Below, piece after piece: positions 36,227-50,143 of a stretch of 64,000 nucleotides of DNA (position 1 is the first letter of the stretch; each line of letters begins with the position of its first letter). The DNA comes from Podarcis erhardii. Its lineage: Eukaryota. The DNA lies in NCBI GenBank assembly GCA_964252035.1, contig OZ176209.1. One strand, given 5' to 3'. The translations under genes were made by a program, and so were the position numbers. The notes beneath the pieces are model-generated. The model was not told the origin of the DNA. It searched no databases and saw only the letters and a list, made by a program, of their open reading frames with translations.

Positions 36227-37333
36227 TCCTTCCATGGCAGGAAGAGGAGCTGGCCACTGGAGCCATGCTGTGCTTTGCTCCACACTTTTCTTCAGTGCTT
36301 TTTGGATGTTGCGGGGCTTGGCCCCTACTTCGAAAATATTTGGGGGCTGGTGCCCCTGCTTGACAATGTAAAAAGAGAGAAAAAGTCCTTGCAAATTATT
36401 GTGGTTGTGTTAGGCATTCACAAGAAGTATCACATGGCATGCTGGGAGGGGGGAGGATAATATATTGATTTTAACAATTAGTAAGTGGAAAGAGACTCAT
36501 GATCGCATCTTATCTGAGGCAAAGACCAGTATGAGATACTGATTTAGAATGTCCGCTGATGAATAACTTGGGATAAGCTAAACTAAGCATGCATAAATGC
36601 TACAGTCCTTAGGCATAATTCTATTGATCTGTGTCTGTGAGAAACTGCAGGGCAGCACACAGAACTGAGATAACCAAGTGAATATTCGTGGGCAAGGGAG
36701 ACTTCAGGCGTCCCAATGGCCAAAATGACAGCAAATGAATTCAAATAACAGCTTTCTTGAACACCGTGGATCAAAATTTCAGCGGGTATGACAAAAGAAA
36801 CCACCCGCACAATATTGAAATGCACCAGCCCCAACAGAAGTTGTAAAGCAATCGCTAAGCATATCAATGAAGGATCAATAATATCACAATGCTCATCCCT
36901 TGCCACTGTGTGCTTTACCTATACTGTCAACAGAGCTGCAAGTGGCCTGTATAAGCTTATATCAATGAACAGAGCCCTACAGTCTGCTGCAGTAATTGAA
37001 CAGCAGTGTCTTTAGACAACCAAGCATTGCATCTTCCTGCGAAGTTTTTCTCATGTACTGAAAACAAAGCCACACTCATAATGGCTCAATATGGAGGTTA
37101 CTGCCTGTAAATCTTCCGACACGCACATACTGCTCTTTTTTTAAATCCTTCTCCACTCAAACCTGAGGCTGAGAACAAGCAGAGAGAATGTTCTGCCTCA
37201 TGTCAAAGAGGAGGGGCACAAAACTACCCTTCCCTTCCTTTAACCCCAAATTTATTGTGGGCACTGGGCAAGGGACTATGAAAAAGCCCTGCTCTGTATC
37301 CTGAGAGCTCTGGAGAAGCCCTGTTGGACTCTG

Positions 37334-37420
37334 GAGGAGGAGGAGGAGGAGGAGGAGGAGGAGGAGAAGGAGAAGGAGAAGGAGAAGGAGAAGAAGAAGA
37401 AGAAGAGGAGGAGGAGGAGT
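37334..37420. repeat. Compound (GGA)n/(GAAGGA)n/(GAA)n microsatellite forming the tail of the adjacent SINE
   Basis: Seen directly; it explains the poly-L and poly-S ORFs. Confidence 0.9.
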
Positions 37421-37658
37421 CGTAGTTTGGATTTGATATCTCGCTTTATCACTACCCGAAGGAGTCTCAAAGCGGCTAATATTCTCCTTTTCCTTCCTCG
37501 CCCACAACAAACACTCTGTGAGGTGAGTGGGGCTGAGAGACTTCAGAGAAGTGTGACTAGCCCAAGGTTACCCAGCAGCTGCATATGGAGGTGTGGAAAC
37601 GCGAACCCGGTTCCCCAGATTACGAGACTACCGCTCTTAACCACTACACCACACTGGC
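37420..37658 (-). mobile_element. tRNA-derived SINE (Squam-type, family not determined)
   Basis: Minus-strand head agccagtgtggtgtagtggttaagagcggtagtc..gggttcgcgt with A- and B-box-like motifs. Confidence 0.75.
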
Positions 37659-38917
37659 TTGTGGTCCTCCAGATATTGTTGGACTCCCAATCTCATCATC
37701 CCTGACCGTTCAGCTGTTCTGGGGCAGGTGGGGGTTAAGAGTTTGAGCACATCTGGAGCAACACAGGTACCCCACACCTGCACTAGGGCTTCCTTTCTTG
37801 ACATAGCCCATAAACCCAAAGGGCAAGGGGACCTAGGGAGCCCCAGAGCTGTGCCCTCAGAGCTCCAGTATACAATGGCCAGGCCTATTTGCCTGTAGGG
37901 TAAAGACATTCTGGAGGAGCCCTGGTGCCACAACCATGAGATCTGGCAATGTGGCTGTAGCCACCCCAGAGTTTGCATCCACCAGCTTGCAAATGAGAAC
38001 CAGCACCACACCTCTAGCAGGCTGTATTAGGGTCCCGCCCACCCCTTCCTTTGCCTTTCCCCCTGCAAGTCACTCTGATTGTTCTTCTCGGGCCTCACTT
38101 ATGAAATGTTGGAGCTGGTTTAACTGCATGACCTTCAAGTCCCTACAACAAAACCCTGGAAATTCGAGGCTGAACGTGGATTGTTGGTGCCTATTCCACC
38201 CTGTGTGCCCCAAATTAACGTATGGGACTCCTCATGCAAAATGCCAGCTGAGCAACCTGCACACTTCTTTGATAACTATTTGCATTATAGCTATTTTTGT
38301 ATGCAATGAGTCAATGAATGCATTACCTAAACTGGTTCACATGGCCAATAGTTTGAAAACTCCTGCAATGGCCCACAGAAGATGACCCTGGCTGGGCCTA
38401 TTGGAGACTTTATTGGGTTCTGCTCTCAGTGTACCATGTGGCTATAACTAATTGTGGAATTGCTCTCTTAGGACTGATTTGGGAAGATGTGGTAGGCAGG
38501 CTCTAATAGGAATCCATGATCCAAACCACAAATGCTTCAGGGTAGCAAATGTGGTGCCCTCCATGTGTTTTGGACTACATATCCCATCAGCCTTTGTCGG
38601 AACAGCCAATGGAGAGGGATTATGGGATCTGTAGTCCCAGACATCTGAAGGGCTTGATGTTGTATACTCCTTGCATACATGATCCTGGGGCCACTTGAAA
38701 AAGTGATGTAAATGCCAAAGGTTTTGGTGAAACCCGGTTTTAAGAAACCAGAAGCAGTTCTATGGGCTAAATTTCACATTTCTCAACTGCAAAACTAAAA
38801 ACAAACACACATGCAGCTTCAACACTGGAGCTGTTACATACAATGAAGTTTTATTGCTCCACCAATGTTCTTGGCAATACTACTATCCATATTGAACAGG
38901 TAACAAACATTACAAAC

Positions 38918-38984
38918 CTGTACAAGAACGAAGTAGCGCTTTTTCCACCTTTTCCAAACCTTCTGCCCAAGTGCATACAAATAC
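38918..38984 (-). CDS. CADPS2: CADPS2 internal coding exon (67 nt), PH domain start: (G)[22 protein letters not shown]
   Basis: Acceptor ttggcAG, donor GTttgt; phase 2 to 0. The peptide matches CADPS2 (CADPS has [18 protein letters not shown]). Confidence 0.97.
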
Positions 38985-39401
38985 CTGCCAAGTAAAAATA
39001 ATAATCATAATTTAAAATGTTACACTAAAATGACTCTCAATGGCATATTAACAACACTATTTGAGCTCCTTTTGACTTAAGCACTTGATTTTTGTTTTAC
39101 CCTCTATCCACCTGCCCTTAAAATTCCTGTGTAATTTTCTGCGTGATATGCTTACAATTCTATTTTCAACTCAAGTATGATACAGATATTATATTACTCA
39201 TCTTTTCACAATCTTGTAAAGCAAGTCAGTATTGTCTCCCATGGGGTTAAGATTTGCTGAACAGTACCTTGTTAAGTTTATTGGTGAGGCAAATTTTAAA
39301 CTGGTGAGTTCTTGGCTCACCACTGTGACTTCAGTGTGGTCGGCCTTCAGGACGTTGGTTAAAATCCTACTATGTGAAGCAGACCTCCGTGTGCCAAACT
39401 A

Positions 39402-39649
39402 CAGTGGTACCTTGGGTTAAGAACTTAATTCGTTCTGGAGGTCTGTTCTTAACCTGAAACTGTTCTTAACCTGAAACTGTTCTTAACCTGAGGTACCACT
39501 TTAGCTAATGGGGCCTCCAGCTGCTGCTGCGCAATTTCTGTTCTCATCCTGAAGCAAAGTTCTTAACCCAAGGTACTATTTCTGGGTTAGCGGAGTCTGT
39601 AACCTGAAGCGTCTGTAGCCTGAAGCGTCTGTAACCCGAGGTACCACTG
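39402..39649. mobile_element. Tc1/mariner (Tigger/pogo-like) MITE
   Basis: TA|CAGTGGTACCTTGGGTTA ... TAACCCGAGGTACCACTG|TA; internal taacctgaa repeats. Confidence 0.9.
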
Positions 39650-40639
39650 TACAGGCTGTTTGTCTGCATTGTCGACTCTAGTTTTCTGCAATTCATCTGC
39701 TGTTTATTATAACAGTAGGTTTCTATTCTCCATCAAAATTTTACTCGTGATGGTGCCTCTTCTAAACACTAGAAGAACACTCGATGTATTTGTAACATTT
39801 TGTATGTCAAGATGTAGTTAATTACACAAGGGAAAACAGCAGTTTGATAAGAAAGTCTACGCTGATAAAATGCTTCAAAGACCAAAAAAATAATAATTCC
39901 CTAGGGAGTACAGCAACACCTGGAGGCCACAGGTTAGCTGTGCCCCACCCCAGTCTTAAGAACCTTCCTGTAAATATTAAACGCAAAGCAACCCTGCTTG
40001 TTTTTGAAAAAGATCTTGTATTGTCATTCAAAGAGAAGCTTGTGTTGTGTTAATCTTGACATAAGATGTACAACAAGTTTTTCCATCTAAAGAGGCATGG
40101 AGAGAGGAGAGTATGGTCCAGGTGGATTCTCTACTTTCTTACACCCCTAAAAGGCTGCCACTCAGACGCTTCGAAGAATAAATCCCCTACAGAAATACAA
40201 ATTGCATGCCGTGATTCATTCTCTTCATTCACGCTTGCACAGAAGAAAGTGTGTCTGTGTGCAGGCCAATATTCCAAACACACACTCAGGCTGCAGTGTT
40301 TACAATGGTATAATGACATGACCATTCCTGTACGCAAAGAAGACCCAATGCAAATAGGATTACTACTGAACTTCCTTAATGTCTCAGCTGGGTCAGAAAG
40401 TCTCATACTCTTGCTACTCAAGATGAATGGCAGGATTTTGCTGGCTTTCAAAAAAAGGAAGCGGCAAAAGAGCTATAGCCTGCCCGGAAGACCATTTACT
40501 CTGAAAACCTGCCCTTTATTCCTTATATTAGCATTATTGAGATGTTTGCGGTGAAAGGAAAAGCACACTGAGCAGAATGCAGAAGAGCTTTTTCCTTATC
40601 ACAACTCAAAACACTTTCCTGGCTATATGCTAGGGAAGA

Positions 40640-41476
40640 GCTCTGGCAAAGGAGCAGGTGAAATCTGTGATGATCTACTGGGCAAGAGATATTGGTCACA
40701 ATATTGAAATGGCTGCATGGGAGAAACTATGGAATGTAGATTTGAAATTCACAGCATATTATGCATTGAAAGAAAAATATATGAAAATGATATATAGATG
40801 ATATTTATCTGCTAGCAGACTTGCAAAAATGTGTAAATCAAAATCAAATCTGTGTTGGAAATGTAAAGAAAAAGAAGGCACTTTCTACCATATGTGGTGG
40901 TCCTGTAAGAGAACCAACACTTTCTGGGAAATGATTTGCAATGAATTGAAGAAAATGTTTAAAATAACTTTTAGTAAAAAAACAAAGCATTTCTTTTAGG
41001 GATAGTGAACACAGAAATTCTGAAGGCCCTTAGAAATTGGTTTATGTATGCTACAACTGCAGCCAGAATGGTATTTGCCCAGAGGAGGAAAGAGGATGCT
41101 GTTCCAACTAAGAAAGAGTGGCTGATGAAATCGATGGATTATGCTAAAATGGCAAAATTAACGGGTGTGGTAAGAAACCGGGGGGGGGGGTGGGATTATC
41201 AAGGAGTGGGGAACATTTGTGGAATATTTGAAGAATCATTTGTGCAATTAAGTACATTAGTAGGGCTAATTTAAATCAAGCAGTTAAAAGAATTATGAAG
41301 GTTAATTGTAGAATAATTCAAAAATGGAGTAAAGTGGAAAAGACAGTGTTAAAAAATTAAGAGAAGAAACCACAAAATGCAGGGAAGGGTAGTCTGATAT
41401 GTATTTGCATTCGAAGTATGTGATTGGAAGGTGTGTATTTGTAAACTGAAAATAAAATTTATTTTCAAAAAGAAAA
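40640..41476 (+). mobile_element. L1-clade LINE 3' fragment (ORF2 C-terminus, 3' UTR, A-rich end)
   Basis: WEKLWN..LCWKCKEKEGTFYHMWWSC..FWEMICNELKKMFKITF, the cysteine-rich L1 C-terminus. Confidence 0.8.
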
Positions 41477-41830
41477 GAATGTAAGTAAAGACCTGTTGGA
41501 CTAGATCAAAATATCTATCTTAGTCCAGCTTTCCATTTCACCCAGTTGTCAACCAAATCCTGCTAGGAAACTCACAACATTCCTCTCATACACGTGATAT
41601 GAGTCCTCTGAGACACACCGTCTCGGATAGGAAGAAATATAACTTCCAGCGACAGCCTCGTCCTTCATTGATTTATTGAAGCCCATTCTAAAGCTAGTTG
41701 CCTGAGCCATCACACCATCTCAAGGTAGCAAAGATGTATCGTGGGAAAAGGTTCCTCCTGTTAACCTGTCTTGCATCTTCTGCCGTTCAGCTTCACAAGG
41801 TGACTGCCCTGAAATATCCTGCCAACTATG
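41476..41830 (-). mobile_element. Old CR1 3' fragment, heavily diverged
   Basis: Residual CR1 3' motifs (ggactagatcaaa..atcttagtccagc; gccatcacaccatc). Confidence 0.45.
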
Positions 41831-41892
41831 CCAATTGAGCCAGCAGAGGGTTCACAGGAGTTCGGATATGGAGGAATTCCAAAGAAAGGAGC

Positions 41893-42510
41893 CCAGGCAC
41901 CTTCTATCATATGTGGTGGACTTGTAAAGTAGTAAGAGAATTTTGGGAGATGATATACAATGAATTGAAAAAAATATATGTTTAAAATAACCTTTTCTAA
42001 AAACAACAACCTACAAGCCTTTTTTTTTTTATTGTAGCTGCTGAAATTGCAAGCGACCAGAAGAGACTTTTCATGTATGTGACTACTGCTGCCCAGACAC
42101 TATTAGCCCAGAGATGGAAAGAAGGCACAGTCCCTACCAGAGAAGAATGGCAGATTAAACTGACAGACTATGCAGAAATGGCAAAACTGAGCGGAAGAAA
42201 TAGGAATCCAAAATTTCAATAAGGAGTGGGGGAAATATTTAATTTCCCTATAAACATTCATTGTAAACAATTAAAATTATTAGTAGGATTGGAATGAAGC
42301 TTGTAGTTAAAAGGTGGGCTATGGTTTTATCGGAGAATTAATAGAATTGGATTAACAGAGAAGGTGTAGGAGAAAAAAAGTTAACATAAGGACTCATGAA
42401 ATGGGAGGAGGGAAGCCCAAAGGAACTTATGGAAATTGTTTTATTTGTCAGCTTGATGACTGTTTGTAAATCTGAAAATTTAAATAAATTTATTTTAAAA
42501 AAAGAAAAAG
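41893..42510 (+). mobile_element. Second L1-clade 3' fragment
   Basis: GTFYHMWWTCKVVREFWEMIYNELKK..FMYVTTAARTLLAQRWKEGTVPTREEWQIKLTDYAEMAKL; same family as 40640. Confidence 0.8.
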
Positions 42511-42520
42511 GTACCCAAAC

Positions 42521-42789
42521 TGCCAGAGTGATCAGGTCTAACGGCTTATTTAAAAAAGGGTACAAATTTATAGCAAAGGTCCGATGGCTCCCTCCTTGCC
42601 CCTGCACCCAGCATTCCATGGGGCAGACTCCACAGCAAGGAGATGGCTGGTCTGCACCCAACCTTTATAGGCCCAGGCAGGCTACGTCGCATGATTAACA
42701 CAGGTGACTGGCACTGACCCTCACAGGTGGCTGATATCCCAAACATTACCTCTCCCCTCTAGCTATACCTGGAGCCTCCGGCTACATCA
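42521..42789 (-). mobile_element. Possible LTR fragment
   Basis: TG..CA ends, minus-strand TATAAA followed by an AATAA-like stretch. No TSD. Confidence 0.3.
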
Positions 42790-44194
42790 AAGTGTATGAA
42801 ACACACTTGATGTCAGGCGTGGCTAATCCTCTCCTCCTTGCTGGTAGCATCAAAGGCAAGAAGAACAAGAAAGTTCGTATTTATGGCTTTTATTCAGTCA
42901 TCTGGGTGCAAGACAAAGAACCCATGTTTCCACACAAGGGAGATGCTGCCTAAACTGAGCCCCTCCTCTTCCATCCCCAACAAAATCCTGAGAGCCTACG
43001 GCAAGTCCCAGGAGCCACACTTCTCTGCATTCTCTGCTCTTGAATGTGAAGTGATCAATAAGTTCTTGGAGAAGGAGGCTCTCCCAAACACTCCAAGGAG
43101 GTATCTGCTGGCTGCTCTCCCACTCCCCCCTCCTTCATTTTCAAAAAGGTTGAAAATGCCGTAAGCTTTTCCTGCAGGGAAGGTATATATAGAGGAACAC
43201 ACCACCACATGCAACGTTATGCGCACTGCCCTGTATTTTAAAGCAAACAATACAAAATGGCTGCTCTTTACCCAATACATCTGTATACATGTAGAACGCC
43301 TTCCGTTTGTTGAATATGGAGATGTTGGGGGTTGTGTGGTGGTGGCAGTTGTTAAGGTATAATGGAGGGTGTGGGAACTAGCAAAGAAGCTAGATTTTGC
43401 AGCTTGCAACCCCCTCCACATGTTCTTTCAAGGTCTGCAATACCCCCTTGTCTTCTACGATCCATTTAAGCTCGTCAAACTTTGACTACAAGCTCCCCAA
43501 AATGTTTGCACGCATTTCTAAATGCACAAATCCTCCTGAAATTCACATTGATTTACAGTGTAATCACAAACATGCCTACTCTGAAGTAAGTCCCACTGAA
43601 TTCAAGTATAAGATTGCAGGCTTGGTCAGTACACTTCCCCAATTCTGGAATTCTTCACCAGGTTTCAGGAAAAGCTTTGCTTCTTCCCATGCTTCCTTAT
43701 TGGTTACAACAATGCAAAGGGAGAAATTAAATAACCCCCTACTCACATTGCCCAGAACTGAAGTGGAAAGGCAAAAACTCAAGCAGTCAGGATATGCCAT
43801 GCTAAAATCAGAGGTTTATAAAGCAGGGTGAGGCTGTTTGCAAAAGGGCTTTCAAATAGCCCCACACTGCTTTGGCTATGCACCTTGTTCCCAGGTGTAT
43901 GGAGCCAAAGTGAGCAGGACTCAACCCCACCCCGCCTTCATGAGTGGGTGCCTCAGTCCCCAGAGGATTGAACCCCCAGAGGTGTCAGCTGATGGACAGG
44001 TACACAATGGACCAACGCGGACCCCCGATGCGCCAAGACTGGTTTGGGTATCAGAAGTTCCCCATCACTCCTCTAGATCTTTGGGATGCATGATTTCCAA
44101 TGCACCTCCTTTCTACTTCTACTGATATTGGAGCTCCGATATCAAAAAGGCAAGGACTGAAGTTTCCATGGTTGGAGGGAAGAGCCTTTTAGGT

Positions 44195-44400
44195 AAATAG
44201 GAAGCTGGAGTATACTGAGTCAGACCACTGGTCCACTAAGCTCAATAATGTCTACACTGGCTGGCAGGAGATCTCCAGGTTTTCAGGAGTATTTTCCACA
44301 CCATTTGTAGATGCTGGCAGTTGAATCTGGGATTTACTGTATATATGGGACAGTTGCTCTGTCACTGGGTTATGGTCTTAGGTGGTTGGATCCTCCCCTC
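44195..44400 (-). mobile_element. Diverged tRNA-head SINE with a CR1-type tail
   Basis: ggaagctgg..tatactgagtcagaccactggtcc..ttgaatctgggat..gctctgtcactgggttatgg. Confidence 0.55.
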
Positions 44401-46272
44401 TGCCCCTGGGCAGAGAAATGCAAAACATAGAGGACTACAGCCTAATCTATGTCTAATTAATACATTACATAATGAACTCTCTTCTCTGCTACTTTTTGAG
44501 TGTGCAAAGTCTGCCATTTAGCACCACTGACATTTCAAAGACATTATTGAAATGCATTTTTCAAAATAAAAACATTATAATGGGTCTTGGGTTGTTTCCC
44601 CCCGCCACATATTCCAAGTGACTATCCTTATACAAATGCCACCTTGGATGTGCTGACTTCCACAACAAGAAAATGGTGTTTTGTGTTAAATGCAATAATC
44701 AAAATTGTTAATACAGCATGTGGAAAATATTCTTCCCCTGTCACCTTAAGTTAAGTTCTAAAAGGAACAAAAAAATCAAAATACACAGCAATGGTAGTTT
44801 CTATTATCTCTCAGTATGTCAAATATGTACAGAGAGAACAAAAGTTTATGCATTAAAACCAAGCTGGGAGTTTTCACAGTTCTACATGTTGATGAAAATG
44901 TCCTCATTACTAATGGCTAGCAGAATGAATAATTTGTCTATGGAATAATGGAACAATTCATTCACGTGAGATGGCTGGCTTTATGACTTTTGGAGAGATT
45001 GTTTTCTCCTTGTTTGGTTGTGTGTTTTTTTATTCTAAGGAATGGAACAATCCCATATGCATCCTGAATACAACTTCTCTGCTTTCTATGAGGTTTTATT
45101 TATCAGAATAGGGGAAAATACAACAAGGGGAAGAAGAAGAAGGGAAAAAATCAATACACATAGCTGTTTAGTCCGGCAAAGGGCTTTCTTAAAAAGAAAC
45201 CTCAGTCAAGGTTGAAAGAGCAATTAATGCAGTCTCAAAATCTGGGCCATTCTGATAGAGTTCGGTTAACATGTGGCAGAAGTAATCATCCACTTGTGAA
45301 AATGATTTTCAGTTCATTCTCAAACGCCTTTCAGACACTCATGATCCCATTTAACTGACAACAATACAGGCTATCTGTGGGCATCATTGCATTCAATGTG
45401 AGAACCAATAGGGACCAAATGCCCACAGGCACTTTCAGTCATCACGACATGTTCAGTGTTGTTGCCTAGCATAAAAGGAATCTTTCCTTGTACCACATTC
45501 CTTCTTTTATTTAACCCTACAAGATTAAGCCCCCCCCTTTTTTTTTGCCTTCCATTGAGGATGAGAGAGACAACAGACTCAAGGCGACAATATGGCCTGG
45601 GTCATCAGAAGCGTTGCAGCAAACATTTCCAGATTGATTTTAGTACTTTTCTGCGCTCTTGAGAAAGAGGACTAAATACATCTTCACAACAAATAGGTGG
45701 AAGGGGGGAAATGGGGGGAAGAATCAGCCCAAACAGCTGTTGCAATTATGTTTGCTAAGTACAAATATCTTGAGTGTCAAGAAAGCTAAACAATAATGGA
45801 GACTATTTCTATTTACTTCCAATGAACGAGATGCTTATATCATGAATAGGAAAACTGGCGTTTAAATCCCAGATATTTCTTTGATTTCCTCCCTCCCCCA
45901 CTTTACTTCTACTCCTTCCTGTATATTTTGCCCATTAATACAGGCATAATGAAGGAGACTCAAGATATTGGCTGTTGCCACAAATGTAAAACAACAGAGA
46001 TTCATCAGTTCAGTTTCTGAACAAAACAGGCCAGCTGGAACTTCCAATTTTTCTGACCAAAGAAAAGTGAAGCACATCCCACATGTAAAGTGACGACTGA
46101 AACAAATATAAGCATTATGCTGGCAGTCACTGCAAGTCAGGAAAGTTTGCCTGTCAAACACAGAGTACTTACGCAACAAATATATCACCCTCAAACAGTA
46201 GGTAGGTAGATTTTTATAACCTAGAAGTAGAAGGTATATATGTTGTCTGTAGGTTCTCTGCAACCTTACTAA

Positions 46273-46390
46273 AAGGCAGCCCTGTTTAGGAAGTTTTTAA
46301 TATTTAATGCTGTATTGTTTTTAACACTCGATTGGGAGCCGCCCAGAGTGGCTGGGGAAACTTAGCCAGATGGGCGGGGTATAAATAATA
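46273..46390 (+). mobile_element. L2 LINE 3' end
   Basis: aggcagccctgtttagg..gccgcccagagtggctgggg..gggcggggtataaataat. Confidence 0.82.
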
Positions 46391-47176
46391 TTTTTTTTTT
46401 TTTTAAAAAAGGGGGTTTCTTTAAAAAAGAAAAGGTGAAGCTAGAGGGTCGTCGTCCCCCCATAAGCCAAGAAAAACTGCCCACCAGACTTCCAAAATGT
46501 TTGCTAGACCACTGCCACGGTGGGAGTTACATCTTCAGAAACACTCCACTCCTATTCTTTACTTACTGTAGCTGCATAGAGCATGGTGCTCTACCTTGTT
46601 GAAATGAAGTAGGTCAAGGCTTTTTCAGCTTGGAACCCCAGCTAAACTGCCTTGCATTTTATGATGGAATAAACGTGGGCCATAAATGAAAATAAACGAA
46701 TCTATTAAATTGTCTTTGCAGACCACTTTCTGCAAACAAGGGGATTCAATATTTTAAGTTAAAAAAACATCCTAAAGAGAAAACAAAATCATATTATTTA
46801 TGCTACATTTTTCTTAGATAATTAGTGGTCACTTCTCGCCTCCTGTATCAAGACGTTTCTCTTCCTTCTGAATGCATGCTTACAAAATCAGAAATTATGC
46901 AGGAACCCTTTTATAATTTCCGACAAAAGTCCCAAAGCAGTCACAACCTGATCTTGATCCAATCAGCTGTTCTATTAGAGCAATCCTATTCATGTCCTCC
47001 TCAAAAGTAAGTAAATTCAGTTCAATGGGACTTCAACCCAGGACTGCAGCCTAAATAATCATTCTAAATCCAATCCAAGAAAAAGAAAGAAAGCGAATAG
47101 ATTCCTTTGAAAAACACCTGCATTTAAACATTATTCTTAATATATGCTTGCATAGAAATAGAGAGAAATACTTCAG

Positions 47177-47672
47177 ATGTTGTTGTTGTTGTTTAGTCAT
47201 TTAGTCGTATCCGACTCTTCATGACTCCATGGACCAGAGCACGCCAGGCACTCCTGTCTTCCACTGCCTCCCGCAGTTTGGTCAAACTCATGCTGGTAGC
47301 TTCGAGAACACTGTCCAACCATCTTGTCCTCTGTCGTACCCTTCTCCTTGTGCCCTCCATCTTTCCTAGCATCAGGGTCTTTTCCAGGAACTCTTTTCTT
47401 CTCATGAGGTGGCCAAAGTTAACTGTACAATATGCAAGTTAGCCCCATCCCTTTCGCCATTCACACTGTCTCTGGTGGTGGTACCCCGAGAACAACTTCT
47501 GAAACATTTCAACATTCAGACAGGATGGCAAGTGAGAACATAGGAAGCTGCCTCAGTGAGCACTCAGGGCTGATTTCCTTCAGAATGGATAGGTTTGATC
47601 TTCTTGCAGTCCATGGGACTCTCAAGAGTCTCCTCCAGCAGCATAATTCAAAAGCATCAATTTTTCGCCGAT
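47177..47672 (-). mobile_element. BovB LINE 3' fragment split by a roughly 130-bp insertion (47420-47549)
   Basis: RRKIDAFELCCWRRLLRVPWTARRSNLSILKEISPECSL (47550-47672) and GHLMRRKEFLEKTLMLGKMEG..EDRSAWRALVHGV (47177-47419); (CAA)n tail. Confidence 0.9.
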
Positions 47673-48675
47673 TCAGATAAATTAGCCTAAAAGTCAAGCC
47701 ACCCTCCCCAATTATTATTTTTTTGAAAGTAATGAAGAAAAAGAAACAAAAATGGGGAAGGAACAAAACAACAGACTCTGAAATGGTTCCTTTCAAAAGT
47801 GGAACAAAAGTGGAAACCATGTCAGATGGGTAGGGTATAAATAAAAAATAAAAAAATTAACCTTTAGGCCCATAACTGTTCTATTAGATAATATGCCGTG
47901 CCTCTTTTTTCATTTACATATTTTTATTCTGACCATCTACCTTCACCAACACGCAAAAAAGCAAAATCAGTGCACGCTCTCAAGAAATGTTCAGTCAGGA
48001 GGTCCACACGTCTATTATTTTGAAAGTTACATGTAAGACAGATAATTGACTCCTGGTAGCCTTTTGTAACACAGCCTTTTTGCAGGGACACTCAATAGCG
48101 CAGGTAAACTCAACCATTACTATGTGCTCCTTTCTAGCAACCTTACTTGGAAGTACAATAGGTTTTGAGCTTAACACTGTAAAATTGCGGGACTAGGGTT
48201 GAGCTCCAGTGCCAGGAGAAGAGACGATTGTCACCCAGTACGACAGATCACAGGATCGGTTCCCTTGGATTAAAAGGGGAGGGGGGAAGAAGGTCAGAAG
48301 GCTTCATCAGCCTGCAGTTCCCCAGTAACTAGGATGCAACTGGGGATATGCTGTACACATGTACTACTATAAGAAAGCCAAAAACCATCTTTCTCCAGTG
48401 ATAATTTCTCTTATGTACTATTAGGAAAGGGAAAACATTTCCATTTCAGTTTCTCACCTTTCCAATCTTATTAAGTTCTCCAGATTTCCATATCAGCTAG
48501 TAATTTTTTTAAAAAAGACCTTATGAAAATTCAGTGGCATTTGACTGCAAATTTCTCCTTAAAAATATACCTTTTGTAGGCATATTTCTTCTAACATTTC
48601 TGGATCCTATTTTCACCAGCATATGTATTTTCGTAAGCACTGCTTGGGCTGGAGAACTGTGTTTCCAAATTTACC

Positions 48676-48790
48676 TTGTTTAGGGAAATTTTTAATGTTT
48701 GATGTTTTATCGTGTTTTTAATATTCTGTGGGGAGCTGCCCAGAGTGGCTGGGAAACCCAGCCAAATGGGCAGGGTATAAATAATAAAAT

Positions 48791-48830
<40 letters not shown>
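48676..48830 (+). mobile_element. L2 LINE 3' end with (TAA)n tail
   Basis: Same 3' end as the other L2 copies. Confidence 0.82.
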
Positions 48831-48832
<2 letters not shown>

Positions 48833-48833
<1 letters not shown>

Positions 48834-49024
48834 AGTGGTACCTTGGGTTACGAACTTAATTCATTCCGGAGGTCCATTCTTAACCTGAAACTGTTCTTAA
48901 CCTGCATGATTTATGTTCTCATCCTGAGGTAAAGTTCTTAACCTAAGGTACTACTTCTGGGTTAATGGAGTTTGTAACCCGAAGTGTTTGTAACCCAAGA
49001 TGTTTGTAACCTGAGGTACTACTG
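48833..49024. mobile_element. Tc1/mariner MITE inserted into the L2 (TAA)n tail
   Basis: TA|CAGTGGTACC ... GGTACTACTG|TA; shorter relative of 39402-39649. Confidence 0.85.
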
Positions 49025-49041
49025 TAATAAATAAATTAATA

Positions 49042-49074
<33 letters not shown>

Positions 49075-50143
49075 TGAAGTATACATGGCTATTTTTATTC
49101 ATCTGGGTACATTTGAAATCTAGCCTTTCCTTCAAGGAACATGGAGCAGCAGTTCTTATCATAGTCACCACCATCATTTTAATTTATTACCAGTCTTTCA
49201 CCCTAAGGTTCTAGGGTGGGTTACAACTATTTAAAATACAGCATTTTCATGGAATTATAGAACTGCAGAGTTGGCCATCTAGTCTAATCCCTTGCAATGC
49301 AGGAATTAAAAGCAGTTCTTAAAACTTACATGGTGTGCCCAAGAGTCCAAACATTGTCCTCACATCAGCTGAGAGAGTGTGGCTAATCCAGCCCAGCTCT
49401 CTCCCTGAACTTCATGGTGACATCTCTGCACTCTTAGACCAAAATTACAACCACTGCGCCTTACTGGTTTTCAACCTTTTCCATGGCTACAGCCATGAAA
49501 CAATTTAGCATATACCCCCATAATTTGTGAACCAAGCTATTTGCGGTATCTTGTAATTATTTTTGTAATCACTCATAATCACATTTCTTCTTCTTCTTCT
49601 CCTTTTTAAACAAAAGCTGCCAAAGAAATTAATTTAACAAAAATATTTTAAAACACTGCCAGAGGTTTGGAACTCATCAAGGAAACAAGAAAGTTTCAAG
49701 TCAACACACTTATTAGTTGTTTAATAGCAAAGCTACACTGGGAGGTTAATGGAGGGCCTTGCAAATTAATTATCACACCCCAATGGAGGAGAAGCGACCT
49801 CAGCTTCATAGGTACACAGATCCAACACACAAGTAATCACATTGTATTTCCAAGGGTACAGGGCGAGCCTGAATGGCACCCACAGCTAACCTCCTTCGAC
49901 AGCAGTACATATTCATTAAAACCATAAATTCCACTTGAAAACAACCTGCCTGTCCCAAAACAAGAGGTTCTTAAGACAATATGAATGCCTTGATTTGCTC
50001 TGTTCCTCAACCTGCTGCTGCCCTAAATCCCATCAGCCCCAGTCAGCAAGGACAATGATCAGGGATGAAACGAACTATAGTCCAAAACATCTGGCGAGCA
50101 TCAGGTTGGGGAAGTAATTTATGCTGTGGGTAATGGGACACAT

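Noticed and set aside
40066-40554. Overlapping 162-aa (+) and 106-aa (-) ORFs, briefly considered as a receptor or pseudogene fragment
   Set aside because: No transmembrane pattern or recognisable motif.
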